DNA of 58,030 bases, from NCBI GenBank assembly GCA_012026655.1, contig JAAILG010002096.1, forward strand, positions 1 to 58,030, read 5' to 3'. Shown here one piece after another: positions 1-12,440 of the stretch. Under the pieces are notes generated by a model. The model did no database searches and had not been told where the DNA came from. It saw nothing but the letters and a program-made list of their open reading frames with translations. Position 1 is the stretch's first letter; the number at the start of each line of letters is the position of its first letter. The stretch is from Hydrolagus affinis. Its lineage: Eukaryota. Both the position numbers and the translations under genes were made by a program.

Positions 1-286
1 CACCATCGGAGGCCGGGCCTTCAGTTTCTCCGCTCCCACCCTATGGAACTCTATCCCCCAATCCCTTCGTCTCGTTTCTTCCCTTTCCTCTTTCAAGGCC
101 GGTTTGAAGACTTTCCTCTTCGACCGTGCCTTTTGCTCCACCCCGAATTTTTCAACCTCCCCTTCGTGTTTAACCCCCGCCCAAACACTCCCCTCCCAGC
201 TCGGGTCACACTCCCCCTTTGCAGCGCCTTGGGACGTCCTCCCGACGTGAAAGGCGCTCTATAAATGTAATTTGTTGTTGTTGTTG
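1..286 (+). mobile_element. L2 LINE 3' end (ORF2 C-terminus, 3' UTR, (TTG)n tail)
   Basis: Frame from nt 2 reads TIGGRAFSFSAPTLWNSIPQSLRLVSSLSSFKAGLKTFLFDRAF, the typical L2 ORF2 C-terminal motif. A C-rich UTR follows, then agcgccttgggacgtcctcccgacgtgaaaggcgctctataaatgtaatt(tgt)n. Confidence 0.9.
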
Positions 287-1752
287 AAAATCATGAAATA
301 AGTGTTGTCTAACTTTGCTTTTGTCTCTTTATCTTTACAATGCTGTTTGCTCTCCAGCAAGATCAGAAGGCAGCTGCTCTTGACTATGTGATAGCCACTT
401 CAAAAAAAATTTAAAAAAAATCTACAGCGCAGGGAACATACTTCTGCATTGTAACAACTCCTTTGGGAAATGAAACCAGGGCAAAACCTGCACATTGAAT
501 GGCCCTTCTACAACAGAGCAAAAGCTGAATTGCTGAGGTCCAGTTGTGAATCAATGGGGAAATAGCGTTGAATGTGTTGAATGTAGAGCTCCGAGATGCT
601 ACCTGGCGTGAAGGGTGTGACATAAATACAGGTTGTTATTGTTAATTGCAGGTTTCCACCAAACTCAGTCCAACACATTACCCAAAGCTAATTATGGCGC
701 TCAGACTGTTGTGCTACTTCAGCAAAAGGCTGGACATTATGCATGTCCTTCTGGTCTATATGGTTTACTGCTGATCAGGTGGTGCCTTTACCCACTAGGC
801 CACCATAGGAATTCTGTCCAAACACTTTTAATACCCTTATGAGAATGTAATGTAGCACTTCTGTCAGCTGTCAGCATATCTCCCAATTCCATAAGGAACA
901 AGAGAATCAGTGCATCAAATACCACAGCATATAAACAATATTTTAACCTCAGCACGTCCGCCTAAGTTTTAATCGCTATTACCAATTGTAAGAGATGAGA
1001 CTTTAACAAATGCCACAGGTTGTTTCTTTTTGCTTCGCACTAAACCATTACCACAGCAAATTCAGGGAGAATCACCAATGACAAGTAAATATAAAAATGT
1101 CTACTTTACATTATAAATAGCAGATAGAAAAGGATGGTTTTAATGCTGTAATCTAATCTTGGGTTTCAGATGACTTTCCAAAGATGTGTGCGCTCGACTT
1201 TCGCAGTTTATGATGCCATCTGAACCGTTTGGTTAGATTACAGCCATGTAATCATTCCCTTCACTCCATTATTCTACATGTAATGTACAGTACATTGTTT
1301 CACTTCTTGGACCTCTCCATTACATTGAGCTGCGATGGTTATAACGCAGGCTCCAAGGTCACTCAATATGCTGCAGCGATCAAAATGCAGGAGAGAAAAC
1401 AGCACGGGCGTGTTTAAAATGCACTATCAGGTATCTTAGATTGACAAAGGTCAGAATTGCAAGGCATCGCAAGTGTCGCCTTTAAGGTGAGGCTAGACTT
1501 TACTAAGAACCACTTGTCAAAGTGCAATTCCGAGCCATGCTCTCCACACTCTTTGTGCGGTTTGTTCGGAAACCTCCAGGTTCAAAAAAGAGCAGCCCAA
1601 TATTCGAATACTTGAACCTGTCAAGAACTCTTCGCAAGTGCTTGGTATGTTCAAGCTCACTCATTCCTCTCCAGCTGTCAGTCAAAAGGGATTGACCTGC
1701 CAATCATTCTCAGCTGTTCTCAGCTTAAAGTACTACTACTTTCTTTTTTTTT

Positions 1753-1770
1753 TAGTTGCCATGACAACTA
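1753..1770. promoter_or_regulatory. RFX X-box-like palindrome
   Basis: TAGTTGCCATGACAACTA; core GTTGCCATGACAAC (1755-1768) is one base from the X-box consensus GTTGCCATGGCAAC. Motif match only. Confidence 0.45.
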
Positions 1771-3469
1771 ATCCTCTGTTTCGCAATGTTGGCATAAGAA
1801 GTCGGAATCCAGCAGCATTGCTCTTTACCACACAAGGCGTTTGATTATTGTTTGACATAACTGTAAGCCCGGCATACAAAGGCTGGAACATTGAACTTGC
1901 ATCCATTGAAACGGCTGTCAGAAAGCGATGTTTTTCCTACGCAGCTCTACCTTCTGTAAGACGTTAATACTTCTTATGGAGTGAAATGATGGATACCTGG
2001 GAATGAGCTGCAAGGCTGCAATTGAGGGACTCTGGCATTGTGACAGCCAAACAAGTTCGGAAATCAGAACAGACATCCTTCAGTAATGTCCACAATGCCC
2101 CGATTCTGCCAACACTCTTGCCATGTGTCCAAACAGTTCGCCTCAATTATTCCAAGCTGCTGGGTACGCAGCATATCCTTCATCAGTGTATCATTTAACG
2201 GTGTGCTCGTCTGGTAGCTTGATGATGGCACCACTGACAGTGGGCATCTTTGGAAGAGTTGCATCTGAAGTTGACGTTGATGTTAATGCTGAAATCTTTC
2301 ATAGGGCTATACATTGGCCAATTGAAAGTCATGGCAGGCACAATGTAAATGCACATCATTACAAAGAAGCAAAGGTTGGGATGTCGGAATACCATCCTTC
2401 GGGTCAGAAATTTTACTTGGGTCAGGTGTTATCTTGTCTGTAAATGACTGAGCATTAATCATCTTCCATGATTCAATTGCTTACAGTTACAAAGAGGAAT
2501 ATTTTACGAATCGATCGTGGTTCGTAATGGATTCTTGGCAACAAAAAAAACTTGGATTCACCCACACGCACTGCACTAAATTGCCATAAGATCAACCATT
2601 TTGTACCCTGTTCTTTTTCCTCATTGCACAACATAAATAATATAAACTGTATTTAGAATGAACGAAGACAAGAGTCTTAATACTGTATGATTACACCTGG
2701 ATGATTCGCACAATAATCACATCCAATTTGTATTCAACTGTATGATTAAATATTGCCGAGAGTTTAATGAGTTTGAATTCTTTCTAATGGGAGGGATAAA
2801 TTTATTTATTAGTGTGTAATTTATTTGAACGTTAGATGTTACCTCAACTTCAAACAAGGTAAGCCAGAGAACAGAACAGTTTTACTAAACCAGGAAATTA
2901 AAAACTCATAACTGGTAACTGTGGATTGCAGCATTATATAAACCGAAGCGTAAACAAGACACTGAAATGTAATTTATATAAGGTATATTAAAGAAAATGT
3001 AAATGGGGTCTTTAGAGGACCCTCATTCATGTTTAAAATCCTGCATTCTGCAAACGGAAATGTCACCTAGATCCAGATTTACTCAGTCTACAAGTATACA
3101 GACACTGCAATTGTACTTCACAGTAAGATCCTATGAAGTTCCTTGAGACATGTCAATGTGATATGCTTCTATATTAAATCCAAGTATTATGAGTTATTTC
3201 AGAGTTGCCTGGAATTGGGTAAAATCTTAAAAGGAGCCTCATAATTTCAAAGCTGATTCTTTTTTTGTGCGAGTTTCTTTAAAGAAATGCAGAAAGAACA
3301 GCTTCAAGATTAAGAGTGAATTTAACAACTTGGCAAATTCTACAAGCTCTGAAATGCTAAGAAAATAAAGTAAATTTGTAATCCAGCATTTAGTGAGTGA
3401 CTGGTGACCAAATCATATTTGGGATTGGGCACTTTAAATGGTAAGACTGGAAAACTGGGAATGTGTTCA

Positions 3470-3790
3470 CGAGAGAAAGAAGATTTTCCAGATTCTAAAG
3501 GGCAGTGAGGAACTGTACTCCAATGTCTGATACATAACCAAGAAGCAATAATTTATGAAGCAAAATGTGAACAGACAATACAGATTCACTACTTCACACA
3601 GAATGCATGGACACTCTTTACCAAGCAGTGTGGGAAGTGTGGACAATATCAACAGCAAATTGAACGGGTATATTTACAACAACGATCATTGGAGGGGTGT
3701 AAGAGAGTGAGCGTGCGAAAGTCCATCTTTTAGTAAACTGCACTGGTATATACTGGTCTCCACAATCGTACTGTAAATGTATTGGAGTCA
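3470..3790 (+). mobile_element. Highly degraded CR1-like 3' fragment
   Basis: Remnants resembling the CR1 ORF2 end (ttttccagattctaaagggc...ttcacacagaatg...ctttaccaagc) with many stops; boundaries approximate. Confidence 0.35.
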
Positions 3791-4329
3791 GAAACAAAGC
3801 ATTGTTGTGAGAATTGGGAATATCAAGGCAATTGTCTTTGAGGAATAAAAGCGTGGGTGAGGCCCGCCCCCCCCCGCCCCACCCCCCCAGCCCCCTCTGC
3901 CTTCCCTACACAAAAAACAAATAAGTGTTGCAGCAAATTGCTGCAACATGCAAGTGCTCTGAACTAAATCATTGTGAGAAACAAGCATTGGGAGAGAGGG
4001 AACTTATGCCTACTATAACATAAGACCAACACAGAATTCTTCAGAGACCAAAAGTGCTGTTGCAAATCTCGGTGAATGAGAACAAAGTGAGTCAATACAT
4101 CAGGACCCAGCAGCATAGTCTGGGTGTAGAAAAAAGGGATTGCGGGAAAACCCCTGAGAGAAATGAGGCCCTACAGCTCCAAACAAGCAAGGCTCTCGCA
4201 GTGAATTGCAGCGAGGAGCCAAAGTCACTAACAGGAATAAAGCCTCAGAAGACATGAGCTTCATAGCAAGTTCATGTGAGAAATAGGAATGTGAGAGCGA
4301 TCCCAATGAGGGTTTGTTTCCTTCCTCAC

Positions 4330-4480
4330 CTCATTCCACGTCTACCTCAAGAAGAACTTCTTTGACTGCACTTTTACTCATCTTGCCCCTTCCATTCCCA
4401 GCTTGAGCACCAGCCAGCAGTGTCAAGTGCTTCGGGGCATCCCGTGTAAGTGAAATGCCCTGTGTAAATGTAAATTTGTA
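4330..4480 (+). mobile_element. Degraded L2 3' end
   Basis: FHVYLKKNFFDCTF-like remnant of the L2 C-terminus, then a diverged tail (tgtcaagtgcttcggggcatcc...gtgaaatgccctgtgtaaatgtaaatttgt). Confidence 0.5.
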
Positions 4481-5759
4481 GAATATAAACATGGAGAATT
4501 CTACTGAGAAATAAACAGAAATGAAACTTCTAACAATCCTTGATGCGGCGCGGAGGAGATGTCGAGAGGAGTCCTTACAACTGTAGTGTGTTGGTGACTG
4601 TGCATTTTGCAGGCATCCATGCAGTCAGTTATGAGACTGGAGAACTACAGATAATCACTAGTGGAAATGAATAGATCTCAGCACCTCAAGGTGAGGCAGT
4701 GTGTCACAGTCGATTGTTGAGGAAAACCAGTTTCACGGAGAATTCCCGCACAAAATGTGGATGTGGCAGTAAGTGTCTATCACCAGGTGTGGAAGTCCTT
4801 CAGAGACATGGAGTCATTTCAGTGACATCACATTATATTCCATGAAAAACTAAGGGGTTCGGCAACAAGTATCTGTGCAACTGTTTTAGCAACAGAGAGG
4901 ATCACAGCAATATGCAATGGTGTGGAATTTGTTGACTTCCCCATGTTGTCTAGTCTCCCGCAGGCTTTGAACTGAATGTAATGACTACTTTCATCAATGC
5001 TGCCATCAAATAAGTTTCTTTTTTTGTTCCTCAATTGCCTTGTTCACTTACATAAGCAAAATTTCACTGGTTGTCGTGTGAAAGCCAGTATTTCTGGTAT
5101 TGTTTCTAGTGGTCACTTGATCAATCAGTCACATTCAGTAGATAGACGCGTATCTAGTTACAGCGTTGTAGATTGAATGAAATACAAGATAAACTACTGA
5201 GCAGTTTGTACAGCACAGTGACCCATACTAAATGATTTACATATAATAATGGGTTTGTACCACATTTGCAACCTGGGATCCGTGGAAACATTTTATATCT
5301 TCATTGAGGTCATAAAATATATATAATATTTGTTTAAGATTACATTTTTAAATATGCATCATAAATACAACTTTATTGCTCATGAATTATCTGGTCATCC
5401 TTACTCGCAGGGACATTTAGCATATCACACAGCTAGCCATGCGTTTACCTTTCAGAGAGGCTAATCGCTAAAGTGTCATAACATTGAGAAGGAGTACGCC
5501 ATCAAGGATCTGGAGTGGAACCCACAGGCAAATCTTCAAACAACATGCAGCATCAACTAAATAAAGCAGGACGCCAGATGCACATCGAGGATTGCTTGCA
5601 AAGTACTGCTGCTTGCTCAGTCTGTGGTGTGGAGAAACAGTGCGATTTGCATCCTTTATTACAGGATAAACACAGCAAGTGCAAACCGAACCGCCTCACC
5701 TCCCAGTCCCACGCTCACAGTTCTTGAGCGTTTTGTTGGATTGAAAGTGCAGTTTGCTC

Positions 5760-5990
5760 TGAGAGCCACTGCAGACTGGATTGACTGAATACATTCCTTC
5801 TGCGCTGTAAATTTCTATGATTCTAAGAGCTTTAATGTCCACTTAACAGTTTCAATATCTCATCTAAAGCAAAGCATCTCTGACCATGCAACACTGCCAA
5901 GCATTGCATTGGAGGGTCAGTATTAAGTGTGTGCCCAATGTCTTAGTGTGAGACTGGGCTCCATAATCTGTGAGCAAGAGGGTTTCCATC
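5760..5990. mobile_element. CR1 3' tail (+, ~5760-5825) abutting a Deu-domain SINE fragment (-, ~5825-5990)
   Basis: ccttctgcgctgtaaatttctatgattct resembles the CR1 tail; ctttaatgtccac...tctcatctaaag resembles the reverse SacSINE1-like core. Confidence 0.5.
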
Positions 5991-6202
5991 TTATACCAAA
6001 CCAATCTCTACAGGCATTATATCTAATGCCATTTTGTTTTCTGGTACAGAAGAATAATTTAAGATTGGTGGAAGCATAGCATGAAGCCGAGAATGAATGT
6101 GAACATGGGATAAAAGCTATCAATAGAACTACAATCCCAATAACACATCCGGTTCTATCTTCTTCCTGTGTCGAAACACACCATTGTGCAATCATTGTGT
6201 AC

Positions 6203-6442
6203 CTTCTCTGCCTTCAGAATTCAGACATCCATACACCATATGTCCTATCACAGCTACCACTGGATCACTTGGATCCTCTCTAGCAAACAGCAACTTCACA
6301 TCCAGTGTCATTGCTGAAAAAGTTTCCAACCTTTGCACAAGGCTCTGGTGAGTTCCTGCAGGGCTGATATTCAGATCATGGAGTTTAAGGTTAATCGCTG
6401 ACAATAACCCATCTGTGGTACCAAAGTGAATACTTTGCTGTT
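6203..6442 (-). CDS. Probable internal coding exon (240 nt, phase 1-1) of an unidentified large gene
   Basis: Acceptor ttgttttctcttgctgtag|AACAG and donor GAAG|gtacac; length divisible by 3; only one minus frame open: EQQSIHFGTTDGLLSAINLKLHDLNISPAGTHQSLVQRLETFSAMTLDVKLLFAREDPSDPVVAVIGHMVYGCLNSEGRE. Not repeat-like. Protein not recognised. Confidence 0.55.
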
Positions 6443-7139
6443 CTACAGCAAGAGAAAACAACAGTTTCAAAGTTAGTGCTTTTCTTTAAGGATTTGCCAA
6501 CTTCAGGACACTCTGAAATGTTACATAAATAGAATAAATCTGGACCAAGGTGAAATTTTTCCCCTGCTGTATTTTTTACTTTTCAACACGTAAGATAACA
6601 GCCACCCACCCTCCTTCGAGGGGTTAATAAGTAACTGATTTATTTTCAAACAGACTTTGTTTATAAGAGGAAATGCTGAGCGAATAGCTTATTTCCTAAC
6701 TCCAATCTGCTGATGTGTCATCTTACCTCTTGAAGAAACTGCTCTCCAGATGTGCTCCACAAGTATCAAAGAAACATCTGTTTGAATGTCAAAGGAAGTT
6801 CGGAGTTGTCACTATCTGATACGTATTCAGAAGAATCCCCTTGTGTTTTTGCCACTGCAAAGCCTCTTTAGGTGCAGTATCTACTCTCACTAACTTAGCA
6901 TTGGGGAAACCTTTCAACTTTGAGTTTGTTATATTTTAGTTCTTGAGGATTCACAGAATCAGAATCGTAGAGTTGTACAGCATGGAAGGAGGCCATTTGG
7001 CTCATTGTGTCGGTGCCGAATCTTTCGAAACAGCCAAATCAATCCCACTCCTCCCCCACCAATGCTCTCCCCATAGCCCTGCAAACCTGTCCTCCCCAAA
7101 TAATTATCTAAGATAATATTTCTCTGGATTACAATTGCA

Positions 7140-7350
7140 ATATCAAAGGAGTGCTGCATTGTCAGAGGTACCGTACAGATGAAATGTTAAACCAGGGTCC
7201 TGTCTGCCAGTTGACGAGGGTGTTCAAGAGCTGATGACATTTTATGAAAAGAGAAAAGTTGCTCTTGTTGTCCGTGCCAACTACCCACCAGGTAAAATTG
7301 ATCATCATGGCTCTTTGCAGGACATTTGCAGAACACATTGACAACAACAA
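7140..7350 (+). mobile_element. Deu-domain (SacSINE1-like) SINE core fragment
   Basis: ggagtgctgcattgtcagaggt...agatgaaatgttaaacc...cctgtctgcc matches the Deu-domain core seen in other copies in the window. Confidence 0.65.
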
Positions 7351-7380
7351 GTTTGATTTTTATAACATCCCTCGCGCAGG

Positions 7381-8176
7381 GTAACAAGATAAATTTGCAC
7401 CCATCTTGAAATCAGTGAATTTGACAGGAGCAGAGCTCAACGACTACTACTCATCGACTACCGTATTCACCTTACAATGTACAAATCACTACACTTCTCA
7501 GAAATATTCCTATTTCTCTCTTTCCGACCCCCATTCCTGTCTGTCCTGCCCAAAAGCCCACTCTTTTGGGCTTTGGCTGGCACGAAAAATTGGATTTTTA
7601 TTCATCCAGCACAAAAAAACATCTAATCTCAATATAGAATTCCAATTCACATCACTGTATTAACATGGAATTGAATTAGTTTGGCTTCTTGTATGTTGTT
7701 TTGCCTCAAACCAGCTTTCCATAATCAGAAGAAGCTACAATATCGAAATGTGTGGACGTCGTACAGATGGTTTCAGATCGCTCAATCCCCAGTCTGGTCC
7801 AAACAGAGCAATAAAGTGGCAGGTATCCCCTTGTGATATTCCCAGTGGAATTTATCTGGTGCACACACAAGGATAATGCCAAGGATAATGAGTGAAGAAT
7901 CCTATTTCAGTTTGGTTTAGACTTAACAAGTTCCGATTTTAATTACAAGTGGAGCACAAGGATTACTAAATGACATTATTAGTGCAAATTACATTTACAT
8001 TCGCTTAAAATCCCCAGCATTGGTTCTTTCAAGTCATTTTGCTCCAAATATCAAGTGGTGCAGAGATATCAGTTGAGATGTGCATATTTCAGAAACAAAT
8101 GCGCTGAAATCAAAAGGCGCCAGTAATCATTACAACACTCACTGATTTCAAGACGGGTGCAAATTTATCTTGTTAC
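7381..8176. mobile_element. ~800 bp segment bounded by 38-bp inverted repeats (putative non-autonomous DNA transposon)
   Basis: 7381-7418 gtaacaagataaatttgcacccatcttgaaatcagtga versus 8139-8176 tcactgatttcaagacgggtgcaaatttatcttgttac: 37/38 reverse-complement match. No clear TSD. Confidence 0.7.
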
Positions 8177-8840
8177 TAAATATGGCACGAAAATCACAGT
8201 GGCAAATTGGATCTTAGCTAAGTTACAGTACAAGGGTTCAGTGCTCTACATATAACCAAATATAGTAGGTTAGGAATTTCAAGTATTGTGGGCAAATTGC
8301 AGTTCAGTAATGAGATTAATGCTGGCAGCAGCTGCTCTGTCTAGCACACAGTTGCGTCTCCTCCTGCTGTCATTCAATTATTTATTTTTATCGTTCTAAT
8401 GTTTTCTTTAGAAAACAGAAAAATTCCATAACACAAAACCCATCATTGTCGATTGTTATAAAATCCCAACAATCAAAAGGCATTCTGCACTGTGCCTGCA
8501 CCAAAAAACCTGAATATGCAGAAAGTGACCTATTTCAGAGGATAACATTTTGATCCATCGTGTTTGTGCCAGAATGAAACTGACCTAATGATTCTAAATG
8601 CTCTGCTTAATCCGAAACCATGCTTATAATCTTAATTTCTAATTACAATCCTGTAATGCAATGATGCTGCCCCTTTTTCATCTCGTACTAGTGCATCAGC
8701 AAACCATCTGTGCTATCGACAAGCTCCATAAGATCTCTTGACCTTCATCACATAACAGAGTTTTTATTAAAAATAATAACTGGATTCACAATAAACGCAC
8801 GATTATTCAGTACAAGCCAGCTTTCCCATCTATTACTGAG

Positions 8841-9165
8841 GTGTAAGTCTGGCTCAATTGGTAGCACTCTCACCTCTGAGTCAGTAGGTTGCGGGTTCAA
8901 GTTGTGCCTTTGAATCCCGTAGTCAACTCTAGGCTGGGGATGTGCTGCATTGTAAGAGATGCCATCAGTTAGATGAGCTCCTAAACTGAGGTTCTGTGCA
9001 TCGATTCAGGTGGACATTAATGATCCCATGGCTGTATTCCAAAAAAAAGGGAGTTTCTCTCACTATCCTGGCTAATAGTCCCCCAGATAAAATTAGTTGG
9101 TCACTTCACAGTTGTTGGTGAGACATAATTGTGTGAAAATTGGTTGTTGTGTTCGCAATATAACC
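8841..9165 (+). mobile_element. SacSINE1-like Deu-domain SINE, near full length
   Basis: tRNA-like head (tggctcaattggtagcactctcacctctgagtcag...gggttcaagt) and Deu core (agatgag...taaactgagg...caggtggacattaatgatcccatgg). Confidence 0.8.
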
Positions 9166-9550
9166 TACCAAATTTACGAACGATTGATAGTTTGATATTA
9201 ATTAGCAACCTGAATTCGGAAAATTACCCAAAACTGGTGGCTGTAGCAAATGAATACAGGAATGAATTTTGTTCCAATCTGAATTGTCTAGTGGTCAGGA
9301 ACAATGTGATTAAATTCGGAGCTGAAATTCCCATGTAGAGCACAATGCCATTTTTTTTTCTGCTTTAATGCCTCGCTCTGTTACATCGGCAAAGTAATAA
9401 TCTAAAGATGCATAATCTTGCTCTAAACCATTGCAACCCCTGTGTATTGTGTTATAAATAGAGCACTTCATACCATCCAGTAATGCTTTTTTAAAAACTT
9501 TTACACAAGAGGTTAACTGCAATCATTAATACCCGTGGAAGTAAATACTG

Positions 9551-9894
9551 TAATAATAATAATAATAATCCTTGCATTTGATATGGCGCTTTTCACATCT
9601 TATCGATGTCCCATAGCGCTTCACAGAATATACTGTAAAGTGAATTGACTGTATATTTGTGGGCGAATCGTGGCAGCCAATTGCACACAGCAGTGTCCCA
9701 CAAACAGTCATGGATTCAAATGACCAATTTTATTATTGTGGTATTTTTTGGACGGATTATTATTAGACGTGTGGAGTAAGGAAACTTGCCCAAGGTTTCG
9801 CCCTGACCTGCCTGGATTCGAACACAGATCTCCCCAGCTTGGTCTCCCCAGCTTGCAAGACAAATGCTCTAACCACTAAGCAACAGGAGCTCCA
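9551..9894 (-). mobile_element. Young tRNA-derived SINE, full length
   Basis: Minus strand shows an A-box (tagtggttagag), a B-box (gttcgaatcc), a body and an aatgcaaggatt(att)n tail; closely matches 46573-46912. Confidence 0.92.
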
Positions 9895-10513
9895 CAGTAC
9901 TGTATCACGTACCAGAAAATATCAAGCTTTAATACAGCCTGAATGACTCAGGCAAAATCATTATTACAAACAGTAGATTTGCCCAATTCTTTGAGGCAAT
10001 TGTATAATCTGACAAAACAACAGACCCTCCTGTAAATTAGAGATCAGGACAAGAAGCTTAAAACTGGAACAATCCAAATAAAATTGGAACAGATGGCAAC
10101 TATGCATTTGTTCAGTAAATTGCAGCTTAGATTCCCCCATTTCACAGCAAACTAATTCACCCACGTTTCACTCAAAACTCTGCAAAAGCCTCTTTGCAAA
10201 ACAGCAAGCCTTTTAAAGGCTGTTCAGGTCCCTTACTTTTCAAGAAGCTTATTCTTTTCAGTTTATATGTTGAATTTTCAAAGGGATGAAAAGATAAAGG
10301 AACAATTGCACAAAATGAACTGCTAAGCAAAACTTTGCTGCACAGTGCCTTAGACATCACTGAAGAGAGATGTTGCATGGAGCAGTCAAGGGGCTTGACT
10401 CATGCTGTGTCATAAGTTCCATTACTTGCAGTCACATTGTCAATTGGTAATTGGCAACACAGCTAAACAGCAGCCCTGACCCACAATATGACTGCTCCGA
10501 AATGACGTTAAGG

Positions 10514-10706
10514 ATTGGGTTTAAATTTGCGGTATTTCTTATTGAGAAACCCCTCCAGAATTCCTGTCCATCCACAAGACTTCCACGCTGGCAGTAAATT
10601 GCTTTGTAATGGAATTCCTATCATCTAGATGTACAATTACTGGATAGCGCCATCGATTTGCGTAGTTTTCGGATTTCCGTTTATAATATTGGAATTTAGA
10701 CCCAAT
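10514..10706. mobile_element. Small old MITE-like element (~190 bp)
   Basis: attgggtttaaattt at the left and gaatttagacccaat at the right (13/15 inverted match). Confidence 0.4.
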
Positions 10707-12077
10707 GTTTAGTTAAATTGGAGTAAAAAAGATCATGCATTGTATTATAATAATAATAATAATAACAATCATCTCTCAGCCACGAATGGGGTTTCCCATC
10801 ATAGAAACACCAGCAAACATGCTAGTGTAACACTGAACGGAAATGTTTACCCCTGTATGATATTCAACTACAAGTGTCAACTTTAATCACTGTTAACATT
10901 CACGCTATCGAGCAGTAACTCAAACGATTTACTGGGGGAAGGCACGGCCCTGTCAGAAAGTTATTATTTTCCTGTTGAACAAACAATTATATGTTTCACG
11001 ATTTGTAAACCTGGAAGTGATTTAAAGCTCCACAAGCGACTTCCAGTTTAATTTGACTCGAATATTGGCTCTGCCTCAGTGTTCAGCAGATGTTGAAGGT
11101 AAGGACGTGATCTAACACACATCTTTCTAGCTAAGCAACAATAAAGCATCAACTTGTCAGGATAATTTGGAATATGAAATGTGCTAAATTATTCAAAAAG
11201 CTGAATAAGCATAAACAGGCTGCACAATCACACGAAGCTGCATAAAAAGCGGTGTTCGTGTGACACTCAATACATCATATCAGACTCGTACTGGCACAAA
11301 AGATGAACTATTTGAGTGTGAACCGAATGGGATCAGCAATAATTGAAGACCACAGTTGATAATTATTATTTAGCAACACAATGTAGTATTTCTCTGCCTC
11401 TCCTACCTGGCATTGAAGACCACGGCGTAATTGTAATTTGGGGGGTTCCACATATTTCCAACCCCTTGTCGAGTTTGGCAATCAGGAAAGCTGGTTGGCA
11501 GCAAGCGAGGCATCCGAAACTTATGGGTACGCACTGCCTGCTTTCAGCACAGTATCGTGCCAGCGCACTTAGCGTGGTGCCATTTGATACGAAAAGTATT
11601 TGGTCCACGTGTATAGGAAGCAAATAAATGGTCACTGCATTTTTTTTCAACGCTGTGAATCATGCCTTTTGGTGACTCAAACCTATTTTCTGCAAAGCCA
11701 AAATTCACAGTATAGAGTAAAAATAGCAGATTATTTTCAATAGCCTTGTCAAAAAGTTGATGTGGCAGCAAATATCAATGGGTGTCTCACAGTGCTTCAC
11801 AGGATTTGCTGTAATGTGTAGTGACTGTGTATTTGTAAACTAATCCACCTAACAAAATACCATATAAAAGAAAACTGAAGATCTTCACATTAATGACTCT
11901 ATTATTAAATGACTCACTGCTTTCAACTGTGTTCAACTATAAGAACAGCTTAACTCTTTGCTGCAGATTTGTAAAGCTCTAAATCCTGAGGCAGTCTACA
12001 TGTAACCACATATTTGCAGTAAACGAATTAAAATCATTTTCTTATTAACCATAATATCATTGGAAGATTTTTTTAAA

Positions 12078-12440
12078 ATAATAATAATCTTTGCATTTGG
12101 AATAACACATCAGGAGGGTATATCAAAGCTCTTAACAGCACATACTGTAGACTAACAACAACAACAAAATTACATTTGTATTGCGCCTTTCACGTCGGGA
12201 GGATGTCCCAAGGCACTGAAACTGTATTTGTAGGCAAACATGGCAGCCAATTTGGCACCACAATGTCCGTCAAACAACCATGACGTGAGTGACCAATTTT
12301 ATTTGTGGATTTTTGACTCTGAGAGAAACTCCCTTTTCCTTTCAAAGGTTGCCGCAAGATCTTTAACATCCCACTGAACAGGCAGACAGCATCTCGGTTA
12401 AAGCATCAACACGAGAGAGCGAAAATGCAGCACGTACGTT
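12078..12440 (-). mobile_element. Deu-domain SINE interrupted by an L2 3' tail (12154-12220)
   Basis: SINE tail and body lie on either side of aacaacaacaacaaaattacatttgtattgcgcctttcacgtcgggaggatgtcccaaggcactg, the reverse of the L2 tail at 221-286. Confidence 0.75.

Noticed and set aside
1964-2443. Cluster of ORFs with CxxC-H (DAHCQWCHH), possibly a zinc finger or transposon relic
   Set aside because: Stops in the relevant frames and no family motif I can confirm.
11407-11690. Minus-strand acceptor/donor pair as an exon
   Set aside because: All three frames from that acceptor hit stops.
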